A stretch of DNA of 64,000 nucleotides from the NCBI RefSeq assembly GCF_009914755.1, contig NC_060926.1; one strand, written 5' to 3'. Source of the stretch: the human T2T-CHM13v2.0 reference genome, Homo sapiens. This document shows positions 25,538 through 43,793 of the stretch, piece after piece; the first letter of the stretch is position 1; each line of letters starts with the position of its first letter. A program made the translations under genes and the position numbers. Below the pieces are notes generated by a model. That model was not told the DNA's origin and did no database searches. It was given only the letters and a program-made list of their open reading frames with translations.

Positions 25538-27251
25538 GACGCTCCGCCACCTCACCTCTCGGAGGAGAAACTGAAGCCTGAGACACCAAGCTCACAGCCC
25601 CAAAAGTGGCCAAATCAGGATGGAATCCAGGTGCAGATGATTCCAAAGATCAAGCCCCTTGGAGCCACACATCCTCATACACACACACCCTCCCACCTTC
25701 TCACTCAGGTGCACTCACAGCCCCTGGCCCCCTGGCACACTCACACTCACACATGTTCACACCCCTCGAACACTCAGCACATCTCCTCAGTCACACTCAT
25801 GCCACAGTCGCCCACCTACCCCGGGGGTCAGAGTTGCCCTTGGCACAGCCCGGCTGTGGGAAAGGGCCCAGTGCTCTAGGGCTCTCCTGGAGGAAGCTTT
25901 CATTGAAGACCAGACCTGGGGCATGCGGCGATGTCCCCACTGTTCGTGAGGTTACTGCAGGGGTTTCCGACTTGCCCCTTTGCACAAGGACAGGGCCAGT
26001 GCTTAGCACATGGTGCTTAGTAAACAGATGATGGAGGAATGAATGGGTGAAGCCAGGCGTGTCTGGGAGGGAGCCAAAGCCCCGAGGCAGAAGAGAAGGA
26101 AGGACAGACGTGAACTTGCAGGGTGGGTGGTATGTGCAAAGAGGTGGTGGAATGTTTATTATCCTGAGACCTGGGGTGGAAAGTCCTTTGAGACAGACGC
26201 TGGTGTTTGTTCAGGATCCTCTCTAGGTGGGTGGGTGGGGGCAGCTGTGTCCCCTGAGGGCTGCACGTGGGCAGGCACCCTGCTTCAGAGGAGGGAAAGC
26301 TGCCCCACCTGAGAGTGAGGGAGAGAAAGGAGGAAGAGCAGGGAAGACCAGGGGAAGTGGGGAGAGGGAGGGGAGGCAGGCAAGGGGCTGGGACTAGACA
26401 GGGAAGATGACTTCAAGGAACGAGCTCTCCAGGCGCCTGACAGCACCAAGCTGTCTCTATTCAGCTTCTGCACCACTGCCATGCAAGACCCTTCCAGAAA
26501 AGTCTTCTCCACTCATGAATGGACATCCTAACTGACCTCAGCTTGGGTGGTGGGAGGGGGATGGACGTGAGAGAGATAAAGGAGGAGCTGAATTTCATGC
26601 TGGGACCATGATGCATAAACAGTTGTGTTTGCTTCACTCCACAAAGGCAGACACATTCAGGGAGGGCGTTCTCAGTAGAGGAAGAATAATGGCAGCTCAT
26701 AAAATATCATGGAAACTGACAGTAGTGTCTTCCAGGCAAATTTGATAAGCCTGTTCCTAAAATAAACTTAATTCAAAAGGAACACGGGCAGCAGAATGTG
26801 AATTATCTTTTAACTTTCTTATTATTTTTCTGGCGCTTCATTCTTTTTACTCAAGATGCTCTAGTAGTAGCTCGTTTTGCCTTTACAAGGAGCAAGGGAC
26901 TCCAGACTGTCAGCATCTAGCTGAAAAACTGCTTCTGCTTGGGTAGTCCTCAGTCCTCCCAGAGCGTGCACAGCACAGCGGGGAATTTCAATCGCTGCAG
27001 GTGCCCAGGGCTTCAGCCCTGGAGATTCAGGATCAGTTTACCTGGGCTGGGAGACCTGTACTTTTAAAAAGCTTCAAGGTCCTTCAAATGGGCACTCAGA
27101 ACCAAGAACCATGCTGTTTGGTGCTGAAGCTAATGCCACTCCACCCAAAGCCTCAAAGGTTGCTTAGATACCCACACACTTCTGCTGAAACAAGCTTCCA
27201 GAAAGGAATGCACAGATGAATGTCGTTAACAAGGCAGGCCAAATGTTTTGA

Positions 27252-27596
<345 letters not shown>

Positions 27597-28483
27597 TAAC
27601 TGAATTTTCTTTTTACAAATGTAATGATCTTTAAGGTAGATGGTGTGGTAGCAGGGGGTTCTGGGAGGTTTGGCTTAATAATATGGAATATCAAAATGAG
27701 GGGAGAAACTGAATAAGGGTGTGTTTATGCTTACATTAATTATTTGTAAGTGTATCTATATAGCTTTAAATAACTCAAGTTGTTTTTCTTTTCTTATTCA
27801 AATACCACGAAATCCAAAAGCTATGAATTCTCTGAAATATGGACTAATGCTTAGAATGTTACACCTTCCTTTCCCCTTCCAAAGTGTCGTTACTACTTTG
27901 ATAGAAGCTGTAGGCACAGGCTTCATAAGTATAATCATATCACTTTCATTCATAGCCAAGAAAAAATTGAGCTTCTTATTGAGAGTACATGTCACTAAGA
28001 ATCCAGCTTCTGCAGAGGGGGCAGGGGGAAGGTTTTCTGCTTAGTCCCAAATTGCTTTGGCCATGATTGGATTTCAGTGTGAAAAATTGAGGCAGCCTGT
28101 TCAGGGTGAGATAGGAGGAAGAGAATGTGGAGCCGCTAGTTGCTGAGCAGCTGTGAGACAGTCAGCATACAGGCCATGCCTCATTTTCCCATCTACAACC
28201 AGGGGTGATTGCAGTATGTGGCATCCAAATGCTGACCACTCTACAGCTTCCACCCTGCGGTCTCAACAGTACTGGGGACCTGAGAACAAGACAGAGGTGA
28301 GCCTGGTACAAAGCTTCAGCCACACACCTACTCATCTATGCTGTCATACTCACTTGGCCCTAGCCAGAACCACAGATGACATCATCCCGGGTAAATTAGC
28401 ATTATTTCCACCATTACTCACCTCTGCCTGCCCTCTTGCCTTCTCTTCTAGGAAGTTACGTATCTGAAAGTGGTAATTAATGC

Positions 28484-28980
<497 letters not shown>

Positions 28981-29684
28981 CATGCTTACTTTCAAAAACT
29001 TAAATATATGAAAAGTATAAGAAAAAAATTAAAAGGATGGATACTCCCAAAGTAAGAAGATCATCTTTCTTTACATGTTGATGCACTTTCTTGTAGCCTT
29101 TGGTCTAAACAGGCCTCTCAAACATCGCTGGGTCCTCCTTGTACATGGGTTCTCAGGAGGTACCAGCACTATTTGTTCCCCAATTCTCCTCGCTCATTTA
29201 CTCTCACTCTCCCATTCTCCCCAGTTGATTTTGGGCATCCACAAGGGGCTCTCACACAGGGGAAGAAGTGACTTTCACACCAGTCATCTTGTGATTTCTA
29301 GGGCACAAGCAACACTCCTCAGCACCACGGCCACTGCCATCCAAGAAGACATCACCCCCCTTCACCAAAGAGCCCCTATAGCAGCCCCAAACCGGCAAGG
29401 GCCAAGCAGAACTGTGCTTTCTTCAGGCCCTACTCAATCATGGCCCAAGTCTATAGTTCTGCAGGAGAGGGAAAAAACATCCCTTGTCCCAATTTATTTT
29501 GAATTTTGTCATCTGTCTTTGGAAAAATAGTCTCATAAATTTTACCTTGCACTCCTCCCTCCCCAGTTCCCCCTTCAAAGGCCTTGCCAGTTACTCAGGA
29601 AAGGAGACACATACTTGAGAAGTGGGGTGTTGGGGTAGGGGGCAGGGATGCCACCAGCTCCACAGTCAATCTCTTTACTTCTTT

Positions 29685-30605
<921 letters not shown>

Positions 30606-32465
30606 CAACCTTGATGTAGTCTTAGAACCAGGCTGTGCATGTGAATGTGTGTGTGTATGTTTATGTGTGTGCACGCATGTGCCTGTATGTTTGTACACAT
30701 TACATAATTGTAAACTTTCCATCAGCACAATTTTATATTATTTTTGCTTCATGTCACTTAAGAATATATTATGAATATCTTTACATGTTAAATTTTGGGA
30801 AACCTCTTACGTTTGCTGCACATATATGATTTGCTTCTCCTTACTGGGCATTTGAGTACCTTGCATATTTTTCCATTTTAAATGATCTTGCAGGGAATGT
30901 CTTTTGATATCAACCTTTGTTATTTGCCTTGGAGTGAAATTACTGGGTCAGATGGCATTTACATTTTAAGCCCTAACTCTGCTTATAGAATAAAAGGCAT
31001 GAGCACAATAGAGAATTTCCAAAAGCAAAGCAAGTGCAGTTGTCCTCTGGGGGCTGGGGACAGTCACTCTAGAACCACAGCAGGTGGGTGGCTGTCTGCT
31101 ACACTTATCCATCTAGGTGCATATATATATATATCTTAGACATATTTTTGTTAGAAACAGCCCCGCAGCTTTAGCCTGCAGCTCTCCCCTCTTCCCCCCA
31201 GACATTTCTCTTAAGAGTGATGGGAATACATTCTATGAAGCTGCTGTTAGGCGAGACAGCTCCCAGTAATGCCAGCCATCAAGTGATTCCCGTGAGGGGC
31301 TGTATGGGTGAATGCTCGGCATTGCAACAGTGCACAGCAGGCCACCAGTCTATTATCCACCAAATCTCGAGATTCAGCCCAGGATGCATTCAGTTGCTAA
31401 AACTGTCACGGCAGCCACTCGCTGCTAGCTCTTAGGCAAGAAAATGTGCATTCCTTCAGAAATTCAGGGAAAGCCGTTGTCTCTATAAAACAGAAAGTCC
31501 AAAGCAATTGCGCAGCTGCATGATGTTCAGCACATTACATGGATTCTTCTCGCATCTGCCTCTTAAGTTGTGTAAAAATGATTATGCAATTCTAAATTTG
31601 GAAACTTACCTTATTGTATGCACCAGGGACTCAACAGAAATTTTTATATCATATTCAAGAATAGCAAGTGGTACCAGGACACTGATTTGGCTAGCATAAA
31701 TGTTACAATTGCTAAATACATGGAGTCAGACTACCAAAGGATTCATTTGTTTCAATCAATAAATATTCATTGAACACTGAGTCTCTGTGAGACCCTGTGC
31801 CAGAACCAGGGAATGCAGTAGAGAAAGACCAGCCTGGTTCTGCCCCAGGCATTAAGCTTCCCACCATGTACACTAGGGCACTTCATCAACAGCAGGCTTA
31901 TGGCCCGCCTTGGTCATGAGCATAAAGACCATTGCTACTAATCTTTATAGTAAAGCCCTGCAGAGATGGGAGTGAGAGCCCGTCTCTTTGACATTCCAAC
32001 TCACATCTCTACATTCCCCTGACAGTGAGCTTTCAATTTGCCCTTGTACTGTCCTGTCTCATGTTTCCCTTTGATCTAGAATGCTGATCTGCACCTCTTC
32101 TATTGGCATACATCATACAGCCAATCCTTCCATGCCTCGCCTGCCTATAACACTTTTAATGGGGAGTCTTGCCCAAGGCTCCAAGCAGAAACAGCCACGC
32201 TCTCCTTTACTGTGCATTGTGCATGCCTCTGTGATGGTGTTACTATGCCGGGACCTCTAGGCCATAATTTTACATGTATTAATCTATTAATAGCTCCTTC
32301 TCCAGATGTAAGCTAATTGGGGACTGGGACATAAAGTACTTATGGGTTGAATGAATGAATGAATAAGTGAATGCAAAGCTGATGCACACAGATTTTAGCC
32401 ACAAAGAAAAATTTCCCCAGCCATTATTGATAGAATATGAGCTTGGAGTTGTTTTTCCAGCCTTA

Positions 32466-33024
<559 letters not shown>

Positions 33025-34253
33025 TCACCAAAACCCCAGTTCCACAGCCTGTGGCAGGTGGAAGCCCCCACCATGATGCCTGGGTCTCCATAGCCTCACT
33101 CCTCTCCCTTCTGTGCTCCTGCCACCTCGTGGGCTGTCACTAGTGGATGCTGAGACACAGAACTCTCCCCTTCAGTAGGGTCCACAGGAAATCCATTCAC
33201 ATCAAGTATTTTGTGATTTTTGTTAAACTCGCACTGAAGATTTTGTTTGTCAAAGAAACAGTCATATCACTCACCACACAAATACACTTGCACCAGCTTG
33301 CCTGTGTTGACGCTGCTTCCTTCTATTTTCTGACTCCTTTCCTTCTAGTACAGTCAAAATATTCCCCACTTGATTCTGGCCCTATCCTTTAGTCCATACC
33401 CAGTTCCTCTAAGAAATTAACTTCTACCTCCACTCACTGTATCAATGCAATCCCTCTGAACAAATACAGGGCCCTCTCAATAAGGACTTCTGGAGATTTT
33501 GACGTTCTCTCTCCCACTTCATCAAGCAGTTGTTAAAATTTGCTGTTTGCCTCCCCCAACCTCCCAATCCACAGGACTCTTCTTTAGATATTAGCATAAA
33601 TCAGCATGATTTGGGGGAAACAAATCGTATTTCCATGTTTACATGGTCACTGCTTTCTGAGCAAAAGGTGCTGGCAACCTGGGTTAAAGGACGTTTGAGT
33701 GGCAACAAACCTTGGAAGTTAAAGTAGTAACTTCTGGAGAGATTGGCAGCAGCATCTCCCCTAGCGATGGGTATTTATATTCCAATGGTTGATGGACCTA
33801 GAGACCTTCTCGTTCTCTCCCCAGAGAGCCTTTGTTTACATTTCAGAGCAAAAGCTCTTTCTCTTTCTCTACCTGGGGTGAGAAGAGGAGGAGCAGCTAT
33901 GTCAGCAGCTTTTATGTAAGCTCCAGAATTTATACTCCTCTCCGGTGGCCCAAATTCCTACATCTGGATCTCGGTTTGTCACTCTGAGGGGGATGGATGC
34001 ATGGGGACTGGTGCAATGATGGCTATGTGAGCAATTAAAAATCTATCTCTGATCTAGAAACCTGGCATTTCCCAACAGAACAAACAAGCAAATAAGTAAA
34101 GTTATACAAGTAAAAGTTATAAAATGGATCTCTCAACATGAACTTTGTTATTTCTTCGATAAATAGATTGGAACGAAGTAGAGGACTGTGTAAAGAAAAA
34201 AGCAGGGAAGAAATTATTAACATCTCTGTGAATATATTTCATGGTGACGTGTC

Positions 34254-34739
34254 ATGTATTTCATGAAACCTAAGATAGCAAAAGTTATAAGATGCACTAT
34301 TATTTCGTGCACCACTACAAAAGAAAGAAAAAGCCTGCCAATTAAACTATAATGCAATGATTTCTAGTACCTTAGAACTTTTATTTTATTGAAAGAATTA
34401 TTTTAGATTAAAATATAGACAAATCTGTCATATAAGTGACATAATTTAGTCAAGGTATTCCTAAAGCTTTTTTACATTTAAAGTCTGAAACTTGTGGATT
34501 TCTTTTCAAATTTCAGGTGAACATCAGTGTCATTGATGTTCATGTTGATGACACAGCATTTTTTTAATGCTGGAAATGATTACAATTGCACCTCACAAAT
34601 TAGTCCTCAATGTCAATAATATCCTAATTGTTGTTGGGCCAACAGAGACTGTAGGAAGCTGTCAACTGTAGTATGCATCCCAATTTCGAAGATATCGGAA
34701 GGTGAAAAAATGTGTCTTTTGAATAATTAAAAATATGGT
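34254..34739. mobile_element. TcMar-Tc2 (Kanga/MER104-like) DNA transposon fossil
   Basis: Degenerate inverted termini catgtatttcatgaaacctaagat / gtcttttgaataattaaaaatatgg. Confidence 0.45.
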
Positions 34740-35019
34740 ATATGAGATAGACTTTTTGACTTTAAAAAGAAGGAAGGGGAGAAGACACAAAAGTAGCAGT
34801 TGACTGAAGTTATTTTAATAAAAATGTAAGAAAAACATGTCTATTAATCACCATTAATGATCACAATAAACAATTTTTAAGGTGACTTGAGTCAATTTCT
34901 GAATTTCCCTTTCCTTCAAAATTCCCAGTAAATGATTAACAATGAAAAGACTTAGGCATATGAAAAATACATGGGCTGAAAAACAGGAACAGTACATATC
35001 TGCGAACCTAGAGGGATGT

Positions 35020-35379
35020 CAGATGATCCTTGAGTTATGAGGGGGTTCATCCTGATAAACCCATCGTAAGCTGAAAATATCCTAAGTCAAAAACACACTT
35101 AATGCACCTAATCTAACAACGAACACTATCACTTCACCTAGCCTCCCTTAAACGTGCTCAGGACGCTTACCTTAGCCGACTGACAGTAGGGCAAAATCAT
35201 CTCACACAAAGCCCATTTTACAATAAAGTATTGAATATTTTATGTAATTTCTTGAATACTGTACTGAAAGTGAAAAGTAGAATACTTGTATGGGCTTCTA
35301 CCAAATGTGTAACACTGTTGTACCATGGTAAAGTTGAAAAATCATTCAGCCAAACCCTCATTAAGTTGGGGACTATCTG
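35020..35379 (+). mobile_element. MER47A-like (TcMar-Tigger) element
   Basis: cagatgatccttgagttatg...ataaacccatcgtaag...taagttggggactatctg|TA; homologous to 3916-4227. Confidence 0.8.
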
Positions 35380-36599
35380 TATGGATAGAAGTGGGTTGGA
35401 GGTATCCCAGCCACTCTGATTCCACACATGTGAGAGTGCAGCACTCCTGGACAGTATTGGACAGAATATACTCAAATCTGCAAAGACACAGCGGCAGGAG
35501 CTGAGCACGAGGGCAAGACAGTGTCTGATCAACAGGGATGACCTACTGACCACAGCAAGGGCTCCAGGGTCACACCAAGCAGACTGGTGTTGGCTCCCAG
35601 GATCCCTGAGACAGAAATGGTGATGCTCCAGTGAATGGAGCCTGCACCCCACACAGGGAAAAGAAAGTTCTCTGGGGAGCCCAGTTCTCCCTTTGTGGCC
35701 TAGGACCTGACACACTGACTCTGTCTGATGCACTCACCAGTGGATCTCCAGAGCTCACTCAGAAACTGGCACACAGCCGGTACTTGGGGGTTGGCTGGAT
35801 TCATTTATTTTACACATATTTGAGAGCCCAGAAAGGAACAAACAGTGGTTGAATCACCGGGCATATGGGAATAAACCAATGTCAGAGTCTCCAAGGAAGT
35901 TTACATTCTAATAGAGGCCATAAAGAGATCAATATATCCCAGGTCAGGAGGAGATGAGCCCAGAAAGGACAGGAAAGCAGGTAAGGGAGGCAGGGCTTGG
36001 GGGATAGGGGAGCGTGGCTGCAGATGAAGTAAAATGGTTGGGAATGAGGCTCACAGAAGTTGCTGGGGCAGCAGAGAAATGAATGAAACAATGGAATGAG
36101 TCCCATGGACACCTGTGGGAACAGCATTGCAGAAAGAGGGAAGAGCAAGCCAAGGCTCTGAAAAAAATAAGCAAATGGATGCAACAGTGAATTTACGGGA
36201 CTAACCTCCCTATCCATCCAAACCCAAGCTTCCTGACTTCTATTTCACCTGAGACTAAAGATTTGCCCACGTCATCTCTGAAAGAAATGTCCTCAAGTTC
36301 ACATTCTGAGCAAACATCACCCTTCCTGGCTAAGAATGATGGGCAGGTGGGGGCGGGTGGAGGGTGAGGTTGAAGTACAAAAAATGTATAAAAAGGTGAA
36401 GGATGTATAAAAGATGAAGGAGTTCAAGAGAAGGGCACGATTACGGTGAACTAGAACCAATGTCCCCTAAGAAGTGGACTTGCTCCAAGGAGAAGGAAAG
36501 AATTATTTCCAAAGCGTTTTTTTCATACACAGTTTTACTTTCAACATGATGAGAGAGACAAGGCAGTTCTAGAGAGAGAACATCATCCTGAGGTCAGCG

Positions 36600-36890
36600 A
36601 AAATTGCTTTCAGTAGAAAAGCTATTACCAAATTTTAAAACACAATAAAAGAGTTTAATAAGGTGCCTAGTTACAAAATAAATCTATAAAAATCAATAGC
36701 TTTGTTTTACAGCAATAATAACCTGACACAAAATGTAATGGGAGGAAAATTCCATGCACCATCATGATGATAAATATGAAATACACAGGACAATCTTCAT
36801 GAGGTATGTCAACGTCCTAGATGAACACTTCAAACTTTACTTAGAGAGAGAAGACATCATGTTCATTAAAGGGAACAATTGATGTTGTGG
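36600..36890 (+). mobile_element. Old L1 ORF2 fragment
   Basis: gagtttaataaggtgcctagttacaaaataaatctataaaaatcaatagc resembles the ORF2 FSKV.GYKIN.QKS.AF region. Confidence 0.6.
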
Positions 36891-38405
36891 TTTTCATTTT
36901 CTCTGTCGTAATTTTCATTACCTTTGTATTAATTTGCTCTGATGTCTGTATTCCCCACTATGCTGTAAACTTAATAATGGCAAAGACTCGGTTCCATTCT
37001 TTGCTGGGTACATATCCAAGTACATAGCCAAGTCTTGGGACGCAGGAGGTGCTCAATAAACATTACTTGGATTAATGAGTGAAGACGGAGATGATCACAA
37101 AACTAAATTGTCTTAAAATGACCTCCAGAAAAATCCAAGATTCTGCCCTGAATCAAAAGAATGGTTTCAAATCATGGTAATTCTTAGACAATCAGGAATT
37201 TAATTCTGCCAACATAATATTTCTGGAGCCTCAGCAAAGAGTGTACATCCCAACACATTTAGGCATAGTAAAAGTGAAAAAGATGCTTCCAAGAAAATTA
37301 CCATCTTGGTAATTTTCCCAGCAGTCCTGGGGGGTCAGTGAGGCTCCTTGAAATGTTCCAGAGACTTCCGGGAGAGCGGTAATTCCTCCAGAACTTCCAA
37401 CATTTATTACATTGACAATATCATGGAAGGAAACGCTTGTTTGGAACCAAACCTAACTTGATAGCTGAAGCCCTTTGGCCTTCTTAGACGTGGAAATCAG
37501 ACAGCATAATCCACATAGAGGTGAAACTCAGTTTCCATTCCACCCCTTCTTCTTGACACTGGGAAGGAAAGGAGAAGGAGCTACTCTTGAAATGGATACC
37601 CCATGGTTTAGTAGAAGACACTGATGACTTTTCAGTCTGCAAGAAGAGCTCTAGAACCCAGTATTGGGGGCAAAAAAAGAGAGACCACATAATCCTTCTG
37701 CATATGGAAAGGATTTGCTTTGAGGAAGGAGATGCCACGAGCAGAACGGGAAGTCAGAGAGCAAACAAAATGGCAGCAGGACCCTGGAGCCCGTGCTGGT
37801 GAGAATTGTCAAGGGATTGTCGGAACAAGTCCCAGTGCTCAGTTAAGTCCAGGTCTGTAAACAGATAGTTATACGAATCGAGGAAAAGGAGCCAAGTTCC
37901 ACATGTAGATTGGTACAAAGACTAGGAATTGGCTGTGGGAGGGAAGAGCTCAGCGAGGCTTTGAGTTCTGCCAGAAGTCAAACTCAGCTTGCAACAATCA
38001 CAGGGAGATTGGTGGGAGGTAGGGAGGGCTGAGGGGGCAGGTGGATTACTTGGTGAAACTTGCAAGGAAGGGCCAAGAAGGCTTGTCTGAGCCAAGGCCA
38101 TCCTGGCAGCAAGTCCCTGTTAGCCACATGGAAGGGGACAGCCTTGCTATTCCTTGCAGGACAAATCACCCTTGGAGAGCTACAGCCCGAGACATTTACA
38201 ACCTAGAGCTTCTCTGTAAGTTACCAGGAGATAAGTGAGAGTATACATACAGCAGATGAAGGCTGATGGAAAGAATTTGGGGTGTTTGGGCTAAAAAGAG
38301 AAGTCCATGGGGAAACAAAAAGGTCATCTTCAAAACATGGATGGACTGTACTTATTATTGTTATGATTCTGGAGGGCAAATTGGGGTTAAAAGATGGAAG
38401 CGTGA

Positions 38406-38799
<394 letters not shown>

Positions 38800-40067
38800 T
38801 CAGTTCCTCTCTCACGGGGTAAGGTGGGTCCACAGGGCAGAGGAGGAAAGAGCCCGGGTCCAGGGTTTGAGGAGGGATTTGGGGAATCGCTGGGGCAAGA
38901 GGAGGTGCTTCCATGGGATCCCTTGATAGAAGTCCCAGCATGAACACCAGCCCCAGATGCCTCCGTGGGAAGTGGAGCTTCTCACAGGCAGGACACAGCT
39001 CCTCACAGCAGCAGCGATCAAGCGCTTTGGGGAGCATTTCTAGGGTAAGAACAGACACTCTTGAGCAAACTCAGGGACAGTCAGACAAGTGCCCCTACTG
39101 ACTGTCAGGTGGGCTCTTCCCAAGGGAAGAGGTGGCCAGAGCATCTGCTTCCCGGAGTCATGTCACAGAACGGAGGAAACATGGGGTACTCCCCTATGCA
39201 GAACGGTTCTCCGAGCTCTCAGCCCAGTCTACGGGGCATTTGTGCTGAGAGCTCGTAGGATTGGCTGGGAGGGAGTGGAAGCAAAAAGCCTGAGCGCACC
39301 ACTAGAGAGATGGGAAGGGACGTATCCTGACTGGCTTGGGAAAGGTCTTCTCCCTTCCTGTGCAGCAAGGGCCCAGGGAAGTGGCATCTAAATCAGTGAC
39401 TGTGTTGACGGCCATTACAATGAGAAGATTGGCCTCGGCCGCCGTGCTCAGAGGCTCAAGGCAGCCTCCATTGCTCACAGTGGCCCCCCAGGTGCTGGCT
39501 GACTACCCCGGTGCCACTGTAGTCAGCACAGGATCAGGAGCAGGAAGCCCGGGGTCTCCCATTTCAGAGAGCAGTTTTCATGGTCACAGGCAGCACCAGA
39601 GTGACCCAGCCTGGGCCTAAATAAGAAATCGACTCTGGAGGGAGCAAGGGCTCCCAGATATCTCTGAGGACACCCTCTGGACGCTGTTGCTTTGGCCTTT
39701 TGGTGTTGCTAATGCCCTTGGCTTTTTCCCATCCCCTGAAGCGTGTAGATTAATACAAATTCCCTGCATTTCCCATAACCCCTCCCCAAAAGCTTGGATA
39801 CATAACTTTTGAGCCTCGTAAAGTGCTCCAAGCATTGTGCTTCAGGGTGAAACCAGCTCTCCAACGTTCCAAGGCAAGAAGCACTGGCCAGCTAAATAGG
39901 ATTTGGAAGTTCCGAAGAGCAGGCTGGGTAACACATTTAGAGCAGTCTTAGAGCAGTGCCATAGACAATTTTCTGGATCCTTGGATACAATAGCACAGGG
40001 AAAATGTGGTTTATGTGGCCAAGCATTGCTTAGATGGGTATAAAAAGAATATTGGCTTAAAATTGGC

Positions 40068-40174
40068 TGTTTTACACCAATAACAACCTGACACAAAATG
40101 TAATGGGAGGAAAATTCCATACACCATCACGATGATAAATATGAAATACACAGGACAATCTTCACGAGGTATGT
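40068..40174 (+). repeat. 107-bp dispersed direct copy of 36703-36809
   Basis: Ungapped match with 5 substitutions by manual comparison. Confidence 0.95.
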
Positions 40175-40681
40175 TCACATGAAGAGGAATCTTCACATGA
40201 ATCTTCACATGAAAAGGAATTCTATAGCAAAAATATCTCATCAACATGAGGCTGACTTGAGGCTGTTTTAACATGATTGAGTTAAAAGAGTCCAAAAGAA
40301 AAGAAATGAACAATGTAATTTGCTCTTATTGCTCCTACTATTATACTTAAAGTGACATGTTTATTTCTATTTTAATAAAAGATAGAAGCTAAAATTCTCT
40401 TAAGTGTGAAACAGCTGGGTTTAGAGAGGGTTTGATCAATTAAGCAAGTAAATGCCTCACAAAAACACCCTACCATTTGGCTGAAAGATAGTTTCTGCTC
40501 GGGAGAGGGCTGAGGCTGCAACAATGAAAAATAGCATTTTGCTGAAAACAGAACACGTCAGTAGAGAGCAGATTGAATCCCATAATCAATTTTGTCATTT
40601 GAAAGTAGGCTAGATTTCTCTCTTAGCACAGGCATTAATTGGATATAAGACAGCAATCACAACTGTGTTTTCAATCTATAG

Positions 40682-40811
40682 GAAAAATTATCTTCGTTTC
40701 CCCAAGGCCTGCAGCTTTCATAAGAAGGCAGGAGTTTTTGGAGGAGAGCGTCGTGTTCGTCTGTCTGTAGACCCTGAGACACTGATTTACAGCAAGACTC
40801 ACGGTGACAAG
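40682..40811 (+). ncRNA. Candidate internal exon (130 nt) in unique sequence
   Basis: Acceptor tgtgttttcaatctatAG|, donor AAG|gtttgt; locally CpG-enriched; one stop-free frame compatible with the neighbouring candidate exons. Confidence 0.45.
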
Positions 40812-41311
40812 GTTTGTATTCTTAAAAACCAGAGATAAGCCATGATTTTGCAAGGGACAAAAACCAACTCTAACTTAAGTGGAAAAGGAAAATTATTAGC
40901 TATGGACCTAAAGAACAGAGTGAAGACAGCAATAGCTACACTGTATTCAAACAACCTCCCTATCACACACATACAGCACACACATGCACACATGAACACA
41001 CTCTCTCTCTCTGGGTTGGCCTAATCCCTCTGGCCAGCTGGCCCTATAAGTCTACCATACACCATAGAGCACTTTATCCTACAGGCCTACTATCTCACCC
41101 AGACAAGACAGACTTCTGCCATTTTTTAAAATCCAGGGAGGGACTCTAATTGGGTAGCTGAGGTCACAAGTCCATGGCTGAATCAACTAGCAAGGCCAGG
41201 CGTACGGATACCCTAATTGGCTGCCCCACCAGAACCATATGTTTCAAGTGGGAGAAAAAGAAGTCCTCTAAAAAAGGGGATGCAATCTTCTGAGAAGACA
41301 AAACATTACTA

Positions 41312-41895
<584 letters not shown>

Positions 41896-43220
41896 GCTAC
41901 CTCAGAAACTGAGGGTCACAGAGGCCTCAGGTCCTGCCTCGCCAAATTAAGCCAAGTGCATCTAGCAAACGCTAGCTATACAAAAAGGAAAGTAGGATGG
42001 AATTAACTTCCATTTCTACACAGCATGTCATTAGGGTGCTTAGTGTGTCTGGTTAGATGATATCAACGCTTTTTTCTTTATACTTGCCAGAGTCCCTGCT
42101 TTGGTGTCTCCCAGCCATGCCCTTAAAAGATTTCTATCAAAGATCATCATCCAGTTCTTTCAGGAGGCACCAAGCAATAACCAACGCACACAGTTATAAA
42201 TCTTTGTCTGGGTACCAAAGCCATATATAAATCCATAAGCTATCACATCTTCCCGTCATCCCATGAAGCAGGTTGAGCAGGCTGAAGTGATTCAGGGTAA
42301 AACGTGCACTTTGTCAATGTCATTGTGTCACAAAGAGTCCAGATCCTAGACGCAGCTACCTCCAGTCTGCAGCCTCTCCATGCCCTAGTGGTCTCATGAA
42401 TCTGAATAGCTTTCCTGTTTGATGCTAGCTTATTTTCTAGTGTGACCCGTTTTCCTGCAAAAAGCCAGTTTAGGTTGGTAAAGGGAATAAAGGTCTGTGT
42501 TGGAAAATTCATTGCCTTTCACTCAGAAAGCTTTCAATGGGAAACAAATTTAGATAGGACAGCCTTACTTCTTTGTATATGGAAAGCACAAAGGACTTTG
42601 CGTATTTCATCAACTTCCCCTCCCAGCATCCCGGAGAGGAGGAAGGCAGGTCTCTGCATCTGGCTGACAGGAGGATTTAGAGATGTCTATTTTAGTCAAA
42701 GCCTGCCCCTAAAAGCTTGTGACCTAAAAGAAGCCCTCCAACCTTCTTGCCTTCTGGGCTCTGTCTCAGTTATAAAACAAGGCATCCAAGGACACTTAAG
42801 AAAATATTTCCGAATGCAAACTACAGGGTGCCGTGCTTAAATCTCTCCAAGAGCTGCCCACACCAATGAAGTGCAAAGGTTTGCCGTGGCCTCTAAGACC
42901 CTACAGAATCTGACCACAGCCTGGGCCTCCAGCTCTTCTCCTGCTGCCTCCTTCACCTCTCACAGCTCTTCAGCCACATAAACCCTGCCCTGCTTTAAGG
43001 AGAGGCAGCTGGTCCTGCCGCGGGGCCTTTCCTAGGGCAGGGTCCTGTGTCTGGAATGCTCATCCCAGTAATCCTTGCCTCCGCCTCCTTAGAAGGATCT
43101 TCCTAGTTCAGTCTGAGCAGTTTTCCATTTCATGCATCTGAGGAGTCAGAAGTTGTAGTTCAGGGCCATCAAGTTAGCCAAGACTGGAGAGGTCAAGATC
43201 CCAGAGAAAAGTCAAGCAGA

Positions 43221-43560
<340 letters not shown>

Positions 43561-43793
43561 CTAACAGTCTCAGCCCCTTCCCCGCAGGGAACTCAGCCTA
43601 TTTGTAAAAGGCATGAACCTAGAGAAGCAGAAAAAAATTAGCTGTAAAAAGCCTGAGGAGCCACACAGGGCTTTTGGCACCATCATAGCACTGGAGAAAT
43701 TCTTAAAAATGGAATTCAGGGTCTGACAAGGAAGAGCTGCCCTGATAACATCCAGGCACTCACATGGGGGCCCTGAAGAACCTCGTCCTAATG

